Shown: in pieces, positions 9,751 through 23,172 of the stretch
Position numbering within the stretch: the first letter of the stretch is position 1
Layout: every line of letters starts with the position of its first letter
Notes under the pieces: model-generated
The model's database searches: none
What the model was told of the DNA's origin: nothing
What the model saw: only the letters and a program-made list of their open reading frames with translations
Program-made: the position numbers and the translations under genes
Assembly (NCBI RefSeq): GCF_036971445.1
Contig: NC_091473.1
Span: forward strand, 129,456,001 to 129,520,000
From: Narcine bancroftii
Lineage: Eukaryota
Length of the DNA: 64,000 nucleotides
Direction of reading: 5' to 3'

Positions 9751-11011
9751 TGAGAGTCAGTGTAAACTTGATCTCCGTGGAGCAAGTACTCCAGGCATAA
9801 AGTACTTGCTGATGATCTGAGAGTGTTAAATTTAATTTCATGTAATTGGGAATCCTGTGGCTGAACATACAGTGAGCTCCAGGTAAGATGTGTGTCTAAG
9901 GTTCTTTGGAAAAAGGCTGTTCATGGATGGCCGTGTCTTGCCTCCTTTTCCATACTCATGATCTGCCCTGCATACTGATATTCCCCACTGGGGCATCTAT
10001 TGGGTGACTATCTCAGCAGCTAAATCCTGGAGAAAACTCTCGCTGTTACTTGTAGCACATTGTATGGACATTGGAAGATGTGTGAATAGCCTGCAGTATG
10101 TTCCAAGGCTGCTCAGTCAAGTGTCCAAAGGTGAATGGCGGCCCTTTAATTTGCACAAATGTGCTGAGACTGATGGCGGTTGTAGGTTACATTCTAAGGA
10201 TGGAAATGAGCATTATGTGAATAGTGATTTCATTAGGCATTATCTGATTCCAGTTCAGCACACGATATTTTGAAGTAAACAGCCCGCTGAAGTGCTCAGT
10301 CCATCTTCTGAATAATATTTTAACGTGAAAATCATCACTGAAATGTTCCACTCTGGGATAGATTGTTATGTGACCTGTATAGAATGATACTTACAAATCC
10401 AATTTCTTGCCAACTAATTTCATGTGTATTTCACTCAAGATACTGTAATTTCAGCACAGATAATATCTTAAACTTCTAGACTGTGGAACATTTAAGTGAT
10501 CATATTAACTTCATTTCTTTTGACCAATTAAATGGGGTTTCTCTCTTTAAGATAAAAATTCATCTCTTTGATCAGTTACATGAAACTTCGCATTAAGGAA
10601 AACAGCAAGATATCAAGGAAATGCTCATCATGTGCGGCTTTGGCTCGTTTTTTTTTCTTCAATTTGTTTTGTGAAACTGCTAACCTTCCACTGTGTTGCA
10701 TTTATTTCCTTTCCATCAGTATCTAGTGCAGTATATTTTACTGTATGAGATGAGCAAGTTGCTTTGTAGTACAACAATTATAGAAATTTAGATTTAAGAT
10801 TTTTTGCTCCAAGATTTTTTTTTCAACAAGATGCAGCGAACATTTCCTGGTAATTGATGATGACTGTATCAGGTGTCTACTGACAATATTTGGCAGTATT
10901 AAGCCTCCAAAAGGTGCGGGTGCTTCCATTATGAAGGACAGAGAGAAATGACAGACACCCAGAAAATGTTCAGTGTAGATTGCTAATAAACTTGCCGCAG
11001 GCCACATTATT

Positions 11012-11499
11012 TTAAATTTTTTTTTAAATTTTTCACGCTATGAACCACATTGATCAAAATACACACAAACATTTCCCTCTTGAATATACATAGTGTCATT
11101 TTCTCCCCTTTTCCCCCTCCCTTCCCTCCCTCCTTCCCACTCCCCTCCTTACCCACTAAACGTTCAACATATACAATACATTAAACCCATTAAACAATGT
11201 CATCACACAATGAAAATAAACAAGAAAATTGTGTCATACACTGGGTCAGTTCATTTCGTCTTCTTCTCATTCTGTCATTTTAGGGGGTGGAGGTCTGCGG
11301 TAGGCCCTCTCTGTTGTGCTCCATGTACGGTTCCCAAATTTGTTCGAATACTGTGATGTTATTTCTTAAATTATATGTTATTTTTTCCAATGGAATATAT
11401 TTATTCATTTCTATGTACCATTGGTGTACTCTCAGGCTCTCTTCTGATTTCCAGGTTGACATTATACATTTTTTTGCTACAGCTAAGGCTATCATAATA
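11012..11499 (-). mobile_element. L1/Tx1-clade LINE 3' end
   Basis: IMIALAVAKKCIMSTWK...QWY.EM...IPLEKITY..R.....FEQIWEPY, then a 3' UTR and A-rich tail. TSD ACATTATT (11004-11011/11500-11507). Confidence 0.85.
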
Positions 11500-12497
11500 A
11501 CATTATTGAAAGAACAAAAATACAGTGGATTTAAGTTACTGTTGGTAAAGAAAAAAGACACTGGGTCAGCAACCAGTCCATTTGGTAAATGTATATCTGA
11601 AGTTTACCCTAGGAAAAGCAACAAGTGTCTTACTGTTCATGCATCATGTGAGGGAAAAAAAATAATTTAATTGATTCCACCTTGCTTTCTTCAAACATTT
11701 ATAATATTTGAATTCCATCCAGTGGACATACCATCTGTAAGAAAGGAAAAGGGAAAAATGTAATCAGGTTTGAAAACGCTCCAATGTCAGAGAGAATTCC
11801 ATTGTGTTGATTAATGATGTTTTTGAGTTGGATTAGAATCTAAGAATGGCAGGTTAGACCAAATACCAGCAAAGGGAATTATTGAGGAGCTATTTTGGTA
11901 ATGGAAAAATAATAGAAATTATAAAATCATATAGAGTATGCAACACTGAGTGGGGCTATTTGATATAGTCATATCTAGGCTATCCAAAAAAGTTCTTCAG
12001 CTCGATTTCCCAGCCCTTAGTCTACACATCTTTAAAGTTTGCAATTCTTTCTCTGCTGACAAAGTAAAGGGTTCTGCTCCATCAGTCTTTCAGGCCCACA
12101 CGACTCATTAAGTGTGAGAAAATGTCTTCAATTCCTCGACCAATCACTTTCAATCGGTGCCTTCTAATCATGGTCTTCTTCGCTAAGGGAAACATGTTCT
12201 AAAGAGGTTCAGGGGCACATTGGAGCGATGTATTTAGAATCAGAATCTCTTGACGCAAGCATATCATGAAATTTGTTGTTTTGCGGCTGCATCATCGAGC
12301 AAATATTTATATAAACCACCTGACAAAATAAAATAGTGCAAGAATAAGTCAAAGTAAGGCAGTGTCTGTGGTTCATTCATTCAAGAATCTGATGGCAGAA
12401 GGGATGATTTGCATTAATCCATAACAGGGTGAATAATGTGTACTGAGTCATTCTTTATTTCTCTGGTAGCATGGTTATTAAGACGTCACGTAGTTAG

Positions 12498-12912
12498 GTC
12501 ACATCTCCAGAATGGAAGACCATCGTCTTCCCAAGATCGTGTTATATGGCGAGCTCTCCACTGGCCACCGTGACAGAGGTGCACCAAAGAAGAGGTACAA
12601 GGACTGCCTAAAGAAATCTCTTGGTGCCTGCCACATTGACCACCGCCAGTGGGCTGATATCGCCTCAAACCGTGCATCTTGCCACCTCACAGTTTGGCGG
12701 GCAGCAACCTCCTTTGAAGAAGACTGCAGAGCCCACATCACTGACAAAAGTCAAAGGAGGAAAAACCCAACACCCAACCCCAACCAACCAATTTTCCCTT
12801 GCAACCGTGTCTGCCTGTCCTGCATCGGACTTGTCAGCCACAAACGAGCCTGCAGCTGACGTGGACATTACCCCTCCATAAATCTTCATCCGCGAAGCCA
12901 AGCCAAAGAAGA
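12498..12912 (+). mobile_element. RTE LINE 3' fragment
   Basis: MEDHRLPKIVLYGEL...SHKRACS, GAAGAA tail, TSD AGTTAG. Confidence 0.95.
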
Positions 12913-12994
12913 AGTTAGTACTTTACAAGTGAGGCTGAAAAAGTTTGATAAACATTTTAAGAAAATACCACTAGTCATTTTGAGGGTATCAATG

Positions 12995-14690
12995 GGGAGT
13001 ACAAACATGATTAAAAGTATTAAGATATTTTGCGTCAGTCTTCACTGTGGAGGACTTTAGCAATATACCTGCTGATATTCAAAGGTCTCCGGGAATAGAA
13101 TTAAGTACAGTCGGGATTACAAGAGGGATAGTGCTTATTAAACTGAATGGTCTAAAAGTAGAAAAGTCTCTGGGACCGGATGAGGTACACCCATGGGTTC
13201 TGAAGCAGGTGGCCTTGGAGATTATAGAGATCATTGGAATTGATTTTACATAAATTAATCAGGCATGGTTCCTGAGGATTGTAAGATTGCAAATGTGGTT
13301 CTCCTGTTTAAGAAGGGAGGGAGGGAGGCAGAAAAAAAGGAAATTATAGACCTATTAGTCTGACTTTGGCAGTTGGAAAGATATTGGAATCAATCCTCAA
13401 AGACGAGGTTATGAAATACTTTGAGGTACATGGCATGAGAGGTCCAAGCCAGCATGGGTTCATGAAGGGAAAATCCTGCCTGACCAACCTAATGGAATTT
13501 TTTGAGGAAATCTCTAGTAGGGGGACAAGGGAGAGGCTGTGGATGTTGTGTTATTGGATTTACAAAAGGCCTTCAATAAGGTGCCGCACAAGAGGCTGCT
13601 TAATAAGATGAGAGCCCATGGAATTACTGGAAAAATAATAGATTGGGTAGAGCATTGACTGATAGGCAGGAAGCAAAGGGTGGGAATAAAGGAATCCTGT
13701 TCTGCTAGGTTGCCGGTTATTAGTGGTGTTCTGCAAGGGTCGGTGTTGGGGCCGCTTTTTACAATAAATATTGATGATTTAGATTGTGCATTAAATGGTT
13801 TTGTGGCAAAGTTTGCAAATGACACCAAGATAGGAGACAGAGCACAAAGTGTAGAAGAAATTGAAAGCTTGCAGAGAGACTTGGGCAGCTTAGGAGAATG
13901 GGTGAAGAAATGGTAGATGAGATATAATGGTGAGAAATGTATGGTTGTGAATTTTGGTAGAGGAAATAAACGGTTGGATTATTATTTGGATGGGGAGAAA
14001 ATTCAAACCTCAGAAGTACAAAGAGACTTGGGAGTCCTCATGCAGGATAACCTGAAAATTGACTGCCAGGTTAGATCGGCAGTAAAGAAGGTGAATGCTA
14101 TGTTGGCATTTGTTTCAAAGGGGATTGTGTATAAGAATAAAGAGGTGTTGATGAGACTCTATGGGGCACTAGTGAGACTTCATTTGGAGTACTGTGCAGT
14201 TTTGGGCCCCATATCTTAGAAAGGATATAGCAAGGTTGGAGAGGGTACAGAGGAGGTTGACCAGAATGATTCCATGAATGAGAAGGCTAACGTATAAGGA
14301 ACACTTAGCAACTCTTGGACTCTATTTATTAGAATATAGAAGAATGAGAGGGGATCGCATAGAAACATTTTGAACAATGAATGGTTGGGACAGAGTAGAT
14401 GTAAATAAGATGTTTCCCCTATTGGGTGATTCCAGGACAAGAGAGAACAGTCTTAGAATTAATGAGAGATTTTTTAGCCAGAAAGTCGTGGATTTGTGGA
14501 ATTTGTTGCCATGTGCAACTGTGGAGGCAGGATCTTTGGGGGAAATTGATAGGTATCTAATTAGTCAGGGCATCGTGGAATATGGGAACAAGGCCAGAAC
14601 TTGGAACTCGATGCAAGAACTGTTTAGCTCAGGGAGGACTCGATGGGCCAAATGGTCTGCTTCTGTTCCTTTTTTCTTGTGATCTTGTGA
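12995..14690 (+). mobile_element. CR1 LINE, decayed RT region
   Basis: SQHGFMKGKSCLTNL, GVLQGSVLGPL, KFANDTK, ERDLGV-like motifs with frameshifts; CTTGTGAT tail. Confidence 0.93.
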
Positions 14691-15650
14691 TAAAAGTGGA
14701 AAAAACTCAGTAAGTCAAGTGGAATCTATGGAAAGGGAAATAGTTAACGCTTCAATTTGATGACCCTTCATCAAGCATGGTAATAGTATTCAAAGAACAT
14801 TTGCAGAGATATTTGCGTGTTGCTATTGCTTCAGTAAAGATTGAGAGAACATGTAAGTGTGGCTCAGAAATTGTTTGGCATCCATGCTAAATCCCTATTG
14901 CCATACTCTATTGTGAGTGCAAGAGGAAGACTATGTGATCAATTAGAGTTAGGACTAAAATTCTTGGCCAAAGTGTTGCACCTATCCTCTCATTGCTTTG
15001 CATTTCAAAGTTCAAAAGTTTAGATTTATTGTCCAAATCACACATAACTCTGAGATTCTTCTTTCCTGTAAGCCAGGGAGAATTTCTACTTATTGGTAAC
15101 AGTAAATTGAACTCAAGAGACAAAGATACATATATAAGAGAGAAATGTAAACAAAGAAAGAAATGTAAACTGACTGAAAAGACAGGAAAAAAAATTCAGT
15201 AATAAATAATGCGCAAAGTAAGATCATTAAGTGAGTCTCTGAGATTCAGAATCTGATGGTGGAGGGGTTTATTTCTCTGATACTTTCTCCTTGAGCACCC
15301 CGTTGTTCAGGTGACATTTTGTGGCTGACTAAATATATGTACCAGCTGAATGTAAGCTGCGTTAAATATTTAATCTGAGCTTTCCAGAGCTATTATTGCT
15401 TTTCATTTGTGAGTTTGCTGACCCTTTCACTTCTCCAGCTCTCTGGCACGAGTGAACCCTGATACCTTTAAACAAATATGGGTATATTTCAGCATCATTC
15501 TTGGGGCAAATATACATATTGATTGTACGAATCCCTATGTGCACTCATCTGCCATTTAAAATTAAAGTTAAACCATGTATATCTTTTCCACTTTATGGAA
15601 AATTGCTTCATATTTGTCATTTGAGATCCATTACTGAAGGCTCAGAAAAT

Positions 15651-15852
15651 GGGCAGCGCGGCTGAAGAGCATTTTGTGACCTGGTCTGAACCTCCTCCCC
15701 ATTTGGATGGGAAGAGAGTGTCAGGAGAGCAGTAAGGTCCCTATCTGAAAAAAATCTGGCAGGAGACACCCCCAGTTGTGAGAATTCCTACTCAATGCAG
15801 AAAATAAAATCATGTTGCCACAGGATATATCAGGGTAAGATGCCCACCTCTT
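15651..15852 (+). repeat. 202-bp direct duplicate, copy 1 (inserted copy)
   Basis: Matches 17077-17278 with 3 substitutions; flanked by AAATGGG at 15647-15653 and 15857-15863. Confidence 0.92.
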
Positions 15853-17076
15853 TTATAAATGGGTTAAATAGATAATATGGAGATTATGCCAATTCCTGAC
15901 TGGTTTTCGTGTAAAAGATTTGCAAAATTGCCCAAAATACAATGGAAGCAGCTTAAGGCTGGTTTACAATGAGAAATATGATAAAATGGAAACTTTGCGG
16001 TTTCCAACCGATTCACATAAAATGGAGTTTCCAGCACCGAGTGACCCAATCCAAGGCGGGTGAGACACTTAAAGGCACACTCCCCATTGCAACCAGAAAC
16101 TAGAACCAAACATATGAGTCAGATTGAAAGAGGAAATGCAGGAATCATTCAGCAGGTGAGGCAAGATCTGTGGAAAGTAAGACAGATTCATGCTTTAAGT
16201 CTACAACTCTTGATAGTGAAGGCAGGGAGGATGTTGGGAGCAAATGTGATGTATGGACGTAGAAAGCAGCAACAATACTGTTATTGATGTAGATCTTTGA
16301 CATGGCTCACAAAGAGACAGGCATAGTAAGTGAGTAGAGTTGAGGGAGGTTTTCAATATGGTGAATTCAGGCAGTTAAATGAATGCCTGCGTGCAGGGGA
16401 ACTGGCTGGATCTCTTTATCATTGACCTCAGATTATCATGTTGTGGACCAAAGATGTAGATAAAATGTATGTAAAGATGAGCTGACTGGGACCAGGATGA
16501 TTGAAAATTGAACGAAGTATCAGAGGCTCTGATGGGACCTGGCCTGCTGAGTTTTATCCAGCATTTTCTGTTTTTGTTTCAGTATCCCAGAAGCATTTGC
16601 AGTTTTCCCAGTTTTTTCATTTTGACTTATTTGAGAAACAGCGGAGGGGCAGAGCGGGAATGTTGTAGAACAGATAGAAATTAAATGTATTTATTATTGT
16701 CGTATGTACTGAGGTACCACTTCAATATTTTTCCCTTGTATAATCATGAACTTAAAATCGACTACGGTCTTAGCCTTCACTGAAAGAGAACAGGCGAGGC
16801 AACAACTATAATTTGGAGAGTCAGAGATTGTGACATCACCAGACCCTCTTCTGCATTTCCAAATTTACAGAAATGTTTTTCCAGATCGTTCTTGCATGGT
16901 CTGCCAGCTCAGTTCCCGAACGAACATTTTGTAGGGATTGTGTTGCGAGTCTGCGCTGAGCATTGAGTGGTTTACGTTCACCTCCATTACCTTTCAGTCC
17001 ACGTTAGGCAAGCGGGGCCAGCTTCACAGAGGTAGGGATCAGAGCAAGGTGTTGTCACTGATGGGAGGGAGGGAAG

Positions 17077-17278
17077 GGGCAGTGCGGCTGAAGAGCATTT
17101 TGTGACCTGGTCTGAACCTCCTCCCCATTTGGATGGGAAGAGAGTGTCAGGAGAGCAGTAAGGTCCCTGTCTGAAAAAAATCTGGCAGGAGACACCCCCA
17201 GTTGTGAGAATTCCTACTCAATGCAGAAAATAAAATCATGTTGCCATAGGATATATCAGGGTAAGATGCCCACCTCTT
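17077..17278 (+). repeat. 202-bp direct duplicate, copy 2 (probable donor)
   Basis: Same sequence as 15651-15852, without the flanking duplication. Confidence 0.92.
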
Positions 17279-18989
17279 AAAAACAATTATAGCAAATCAG
17301 TTCAGGATTAGATCAGGGTCTCATTCACTGAGATGCTGTGATCAGAGCAAATGAACCTGCAGAGGAGGATGCAGGGAATTGTTATATGTTAGTATTAAGG
17401 AATAGAATGTAAAGAAACTCACTTTGGTCTGGAGACTGATTTAGTTCCTTGTTGTCCTTGCAGTCAATGCCTTCCTTTCACTCTATTGGAACATGAGGCT
17501 AGTGATGTTCTGATGGAACTTCCCCTGGTAGCCTCCCCCATCCTCTTGTCCCCTTCCACTCTCACAGTAGAACTATGTTCATTTATGAGAGGAAAAAAAA
17601 TCTCTAAAAGCAATTGCACGTTTTCTACTTGACCTTAGTTTGACACAGGACAATATTATGTGTGTCAGCTATGAAGCCTGATAAAGGTCACATATGCCCA
17701 ACGGACAGAAAATCCTTTTAACGGTTGTGTTTCTGACTGGCCTTTTAATGGCTATTTCAGTACGAATATCAGGAGGATTGGTAACTATCAACTGTAGCCA
17801 GAATAAGGACTTTCAGATCCATAGGTATATGTATCATTTCACTGTAATCCAGAGAACAAGATGTTGCATCTTGACATTGAATGGCATTACAATTATTTGA
17901 AATGATGAAATATCATTTAAAGTTGCCCTCCAGACCATAATATTTCAAATCTTTAACCTTTCTGTAAACATGCAAGATCTAATGTAGAATGGTAACATGG
18001 AAGGATTATTATCTTGGGCATTGGGTAAAGTTTATGTCAGCTACAAGCTCGCGACAATGTTGATATTGCATGTTTTTAATGTGGAAAAATAATTATCTGG
18101 CATTTGTGATGTCAATAACAATGGGGCTCTCAGTGCTAAACCTTTATGATGGAGGAATCCTGGCAGCAACTCATGTAACATGCAGGTGTGCTTTTACGTA
18201 CCGAAGCAGCCCACTCTTTCCCAAACTGTGTGCTTTAGTCTTTGCTAAGCTTATCAAAACAGAAGCAATGAAATGATATGAGCATTATTCTCATTATTCT
18301 CATTATTGAGGAACTCTGAACATTTTGAGTGTTTTCAGATGGAGTGTAACTAAATGTTCAATTAAGTCCTCTCCCTATGGCCATCCACCACCATGATGGA
18401 CCCCTCCCTTCGCCAATGGGACACAGTGTAGACTAATCCATTACATTGGTGAATGGAGTTAAGAAGAGTTTAACAGGAGGTTTGTGAAAGTAGGATTGAC
18501 AGAGTCCCAACATTCAGCAAAGTTCCTACTCACACTTACCCCTAAATGTGCATGCTCAATTTTAACATTTAAGAATTTAGACAGGCGCATGGATAGGAAA
18601 AGTATGGAGAGCTATGGACTGGGTGCAGGTCAGTGGGACGAAGTAAAATAATGGTTCGGCACAGACTAGAGGGGCCTTTTTCTGTGTTGTAATGTTCTGT
18701 GCCTTGGAAATGCTTGTTTAAATGGTAATTGTTTCCCCATTTCCTCAGAATATGTTTTTTTTCCCCAAAATTTAATCAGTTTAAAAATAAAAATTAGTTT
18801 ATAATCCAGGTTCAAATTGGAAATTTTTGTTCTCTGTTTTACTGTCTATCGGAGTTCTTCCAATTGACTGTCTGCCCAGACAGTTGATGTTATCACTGCA
18901 GGTCACCACAGTCCCTGGAGCAAGTATCTGTTTACAACTAATATAAAGATATGGAACATCCAGATTTTGGTGCCTGGTGAATCCTTCTG

Positions 18990-20650
18990 GACAGGATCAC
19001 AGGATAAAGGAACAGAAGTAGGCTATTTGGCCCATCTGCTCTACAAATCCACCCCGAGCTAAACCGTTCTCACACCTAGTTCCAAATTCTGACCATATCC
19101 CCATCTCTTGATACCCTGAGTAATTAGATACCTATCAATCTCTTCCTTCAACTCCCCCAATGAGCATACCTCCACAGCTGTATGTGAGAACAAATTCCAC
19201 AAATCCACGACCCTCTGTTTTAAATGGGTACCTTCTAATTCTGTGCCTTCTTGTCTTCGATTCACCCACCAAGAAAAACATCTTACTCACTTCTTCTCTG
19301 TCCAATCCTTTCAGCATTTGAAATGTTTCGATGAGATCCCCTCTAATTCTTCTATACTCCAATTAGTGGAGTCCAAGAGGCAATAAACTCTCCTCATATG
19401 TTAGTCCCTGCATTCCAGGAACCATTCTGATAAATCTCTGTACTGTCTCCAACATTATTACATCCCTTCTCAGATAAGGGGCCCAAAACTACTCCAAATG
19501 AGGTCCCACCAGTGCCCCCAAGAGCCTCAACAACACCTCTATAACCTTATACACTATTCCTCTTTAAATGAATGTCAACATAGCATTCACTGTCTTTTTT
19601 GCTGATCCAACCTGGTGGTTAGCCTTTAAGTAATCCTGCACGAGGACCCCCAAGTCCCTTTGTACTTCCAAATTTTGAAGTTTCTCCCCATCCAAATAAT
19701 AATCTGACTGTTTATCTCCTCTTCCAAAATGTACAGCTGCATATTTCTCAACATTATGTCTCATCTGCTATTTCTTTGCCCACTCTCCTAAACTGTCCAA
19801 GTCTCTCTCGCAGAGAGACTTCAACACTTCCTACTCCACCACCTATCTTGGTGTCATCTGCAAACTTCGCCACAAAACCATTCAATCCATAATCTCAATC
19901 ATCGATGTACATTGTAAAAAGAAGTGGCCCCAAAACTGACACCTGAAGAACACCACTAGAAACTGCCAACCAACCAGAAGAGGATCCCTATATTCCCACC
20001 CTTCGCTTTCTGCCTAGCACCCAATGTTCCACCCAATCTAATATCTTTCCTGTAATTCCATGAGCTCTTATTAAGCAGCCCATTATGCAGCACCTTATCG
20101 AAGGCCTTTTGAAAATCTAAATACACAACATCCACAGCCTCTCCCTTGTCCACCCTGTACTGACAATAACCACACTAGCCATGCGAGTATAAGACAGCTT
20201 TAATAAACTAATATGTACACTAAGAGGTCTTGTCTCTCTGCAAGACGAATCTGGAAGGCTAGACTGTAGCTCTGGACTGCATTATATACAAGATCACCAG
20301 GATGACCCCTGGTGACCTGGTGGTGTAATTACATATCACCACACACCCTACTTGAGATTATATCAAAAAATTCCAATATTTGGTCAGGCAGGATTTTGCC
20401 TTCATGAAACCATGCTGCCTTGGACCTATCATGTCAAGCACCTCGAGGTATTTCATAACCTGGTGCTTGAGGATCGACTCCAATAACTTTTCAACTACTG
20501 ATGTCAGGGTAATAGGCCTATAATTTCCTTTTGTCTGCCTCCCTCCTTTCTTAGACAGCAGGACTACATTTGCGACCTTCCAATTCTCTGGAACCATGCC
20601 AGAGTCGATTGATTTCTCGAAAATCATTTTCACTGCCTCCACTTCTTGGT
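18990..20650 (-). mobile_element. CR1 LINE, decayed, interrupted by a solo LTR
   Basis: VPENWKVANV...GNYRPITLTS, VDVVYLDFQKAFDKV, RGDLIETF. Confidence 0.92.
20156..20343 (-). mobile_element. Solo LTR (188 bp)
   Basis: TGT...ACA termini, 5-bp TSD CACCC, TATATAA and ATTAAA on the minus strand; interrupts CR1 coding sequence. Confidence 0.85.
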
Positions 20651-21049
20651 CAGATCTTATTTTAAAATAGCTTCTCCAAGTTGAATGCCATGCCTGCTCG
20701 TTGGGGGAGTGGTGGTAGATATTATTTGTTTTCACCCTCTGTAGTTGTAGCTATTTGTAGTTAACTTGAGTAATAGCAAAATCAGTTTGAATGCAAGTGT
20801 GCTTGTCTCCTGTTGTGTATGTGTTCCCTGTTGTAAATAAAGTTCATGGTTTAATCTACCACATGTCCAGAGTTAGTCACTCTTTGAACCCTTCAAACTT
20901 GTTCACCACCACAACAATCTATGGAGAGCCCTCATTTGGAGTGTGGTTAGGAATTTTATGCGGTTACCTTGGAAAGAGTCGAGTGTAAATTCACTTGAAT
21001 GACTCCTGGCTGAAAGGGTTTATTTTTCTATTTTAAAATATCATTAGCC

Positions 21050-22510
21050 ACAAAGGAAGTGCCAGAGGATTGGAGGGTAACTCATGTTGTTCCACTGTTT
21101 TAAAAAGGGCTCTACAACTAAACCTGGTAATTATATGGCTCTGAGTCTGACGTCAATGATGGGTAAATTAATGCAGAGTGTTCTTAGAGATGGTATATAC
21201 AGGGATTGATTAGTAGTAGTCAACATGGTTTTGTGCATGGTAGGTCATGTTTAACAAATCTTGTAGAGTTTTTCGAGGAGGTTACTAAGAAGGTTGACAA
21301 GGGAAAGGCGATGGATGTTGTCTATATGTTCTTAGTAAGGCCTTTGACAGTGTTCCGCATAAAAGTTTAGTTAGGAAGGTTCAATCGTTAGGTATTAATA
21401 TTGAAGTTTGGATGGGAGATGTTTGGATAGGAGATGCCAGAGAGTAGTGGTGGAAATTTGTTTGTCAAATTGGAGGCCAGTGACTAGTGAAGTACCTCAG
21501 GGATCAGTACTGGGTTCATTGTTGTTTGTCATATATATTAATGATCTGGATGATAGGGTGGTAAATTGGATGAGTAAGTATGCAGATGATTCTAAGATAG
21601 ATGGTGGTGTGGACAGTGAAGGAAGTTATCAAAACTTGCAGTGGGATATAGGACAGTTAGAAGAGTGGGCTGAAAGATGGCAGATGGAGTTTAATACTGA
21701 TATATGAGATGCTACATTTTGATGGGACTGATCAGCAAAGGTTATACACGTTAAATGGTCGACAATCGAGGAGTGCAGTAGAACTAAGGGATTTAGGAAT
21801 TCCCTGAAACTGCAGTCACATGTAGATAGGATGGTGAAGAAAGCTTTCGGTATGTTGGCCTAGGAGTTGGGATGTCATGTTGAAGTTGTACAAGGCATTG
21901 GTAAGACCGAATTTGGAATACTATGTGCAGTTTTGGTCGCTGAATTATAAGAAGGATAGCAACAAAATAGAGAGCGTGCAGAGAAGATCTACATGAATGT
22001 TGCCTGGGTTTCATGGTTTGAGTTGCAGGGAAAGGTTAAACAGGTTAAGACTTTATTCCCTGGAGCTCAGAAGATTGAGGGATGATTTGATACAGGTATT
22101 TAAAATTAAGAGGGGGACAGATAGATATGGATAAATGTGGACAGTCTTTTTCCATTGCGAATGGGGGAGATTCAAACAAGAAGACATGGATTGAGATCGA
22201 AGAGGGAGAAGTTTAGAGGAAACATGAGGGGGAATTTCTTCACTCAGAGGGTGATGAGAGTGTGGAATGAGCATTTGGCCAAAATGGTAGATGTGGGCTC
22301 TATTTTAATATTTAAGGAAAAGTTGGATAGGTATAGAAGGTTATGGGTTGGGTGCAGATCAATGGGACTAGGTGGGAGAAGATGTTTAGCATAGACTAGA
22401 AGGGGCATAGACTAGAAGCATAGACTAGAATAGCATAGACTAGAATAGAATAGACTAGCATAGACTAGAAGGGGCTTGTTTCTGTGTTATAATTGTTTTA
22501 TAGTTATATG
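21050..22510 (+). mobile_element. CR1 LINE, decayed
   Basis: [41 protein letters not shown]. Confidence 0.92.
22389..22474 (+). repeat. GCATAGACTAGAA minisatellite (~6 units) in CR1 3' UTR
   Basis: Directly visible irregular tandem units. Confidence 0.9.
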
Positions 22511-22951
22511 AAAACCAAGACTCCTGTGCAAGATCTTAAAGCCATTTCAACTTGTTCGCATGGGTATAGGTATCTGACAGTGAATGAGATAATGTTGACG
22601 ATGGACATTGAAGTCTCCTTTCCTGGGTAAATTCTATGTACTTGCTAGTCTCAAAGCTGCTTCTGAGTTGGAGGGACACTGGTTCCATTAACTGAGATAT
22701 GGTGGTAATTAGCAGGAAGTTTCACAAGAAATGTTGGTTGTAGAACAATGAGATTCTCTAAGGGTTTATCATCAATGCCGACAATACTCTTAGATCACCA
22801 TACAGTCAGCTTTTGAGCATTGTCCTTTGCTGGGGGAGAACATGAATAAATGATGAGGAAGAAGCTTAGGATGCAGTTTCAAAGCTTACATCTGTGTTGG
22901 GCTATTTGTCCATGAGGAAATGTTCACAATTTTGGGAATAATACCGAAGTA

Positions 22952-23172
22952 CAGTAAAACCCCTGTTCTCCAGAATTCAAGCAAGTGGAAGCCTCAAGCA
23001 ACCAGCAAAAATAAAATCACAGAAAATAAATAGGTAAAAAATATGGGTTTAAAACTGGTGCGCCTCGGCGTTAGTTCACCAATCACGAAACACGCAATCT
23101 CAAGCAACTGGAAAATTCACTTATCCAGCATCTTCTAATCCCCATAAGTGCTGAATACTAGGGGTTTTAATG
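22952..23172. mobile_element. Tigger-type MITE
   Basis: TA|CAGTAAAACCCCT...AGGGGTTTTAATG TIRs; internal CAAGCAAC repeats. Confidence 0.7.

Noticed and set aside
15651-17278. TRIM/LTR element or CRISPR-like repeat
   Set aside because: No TG..CA termini, PBS or PPT; the TSD surrounds copy 1 alone; only two copies.
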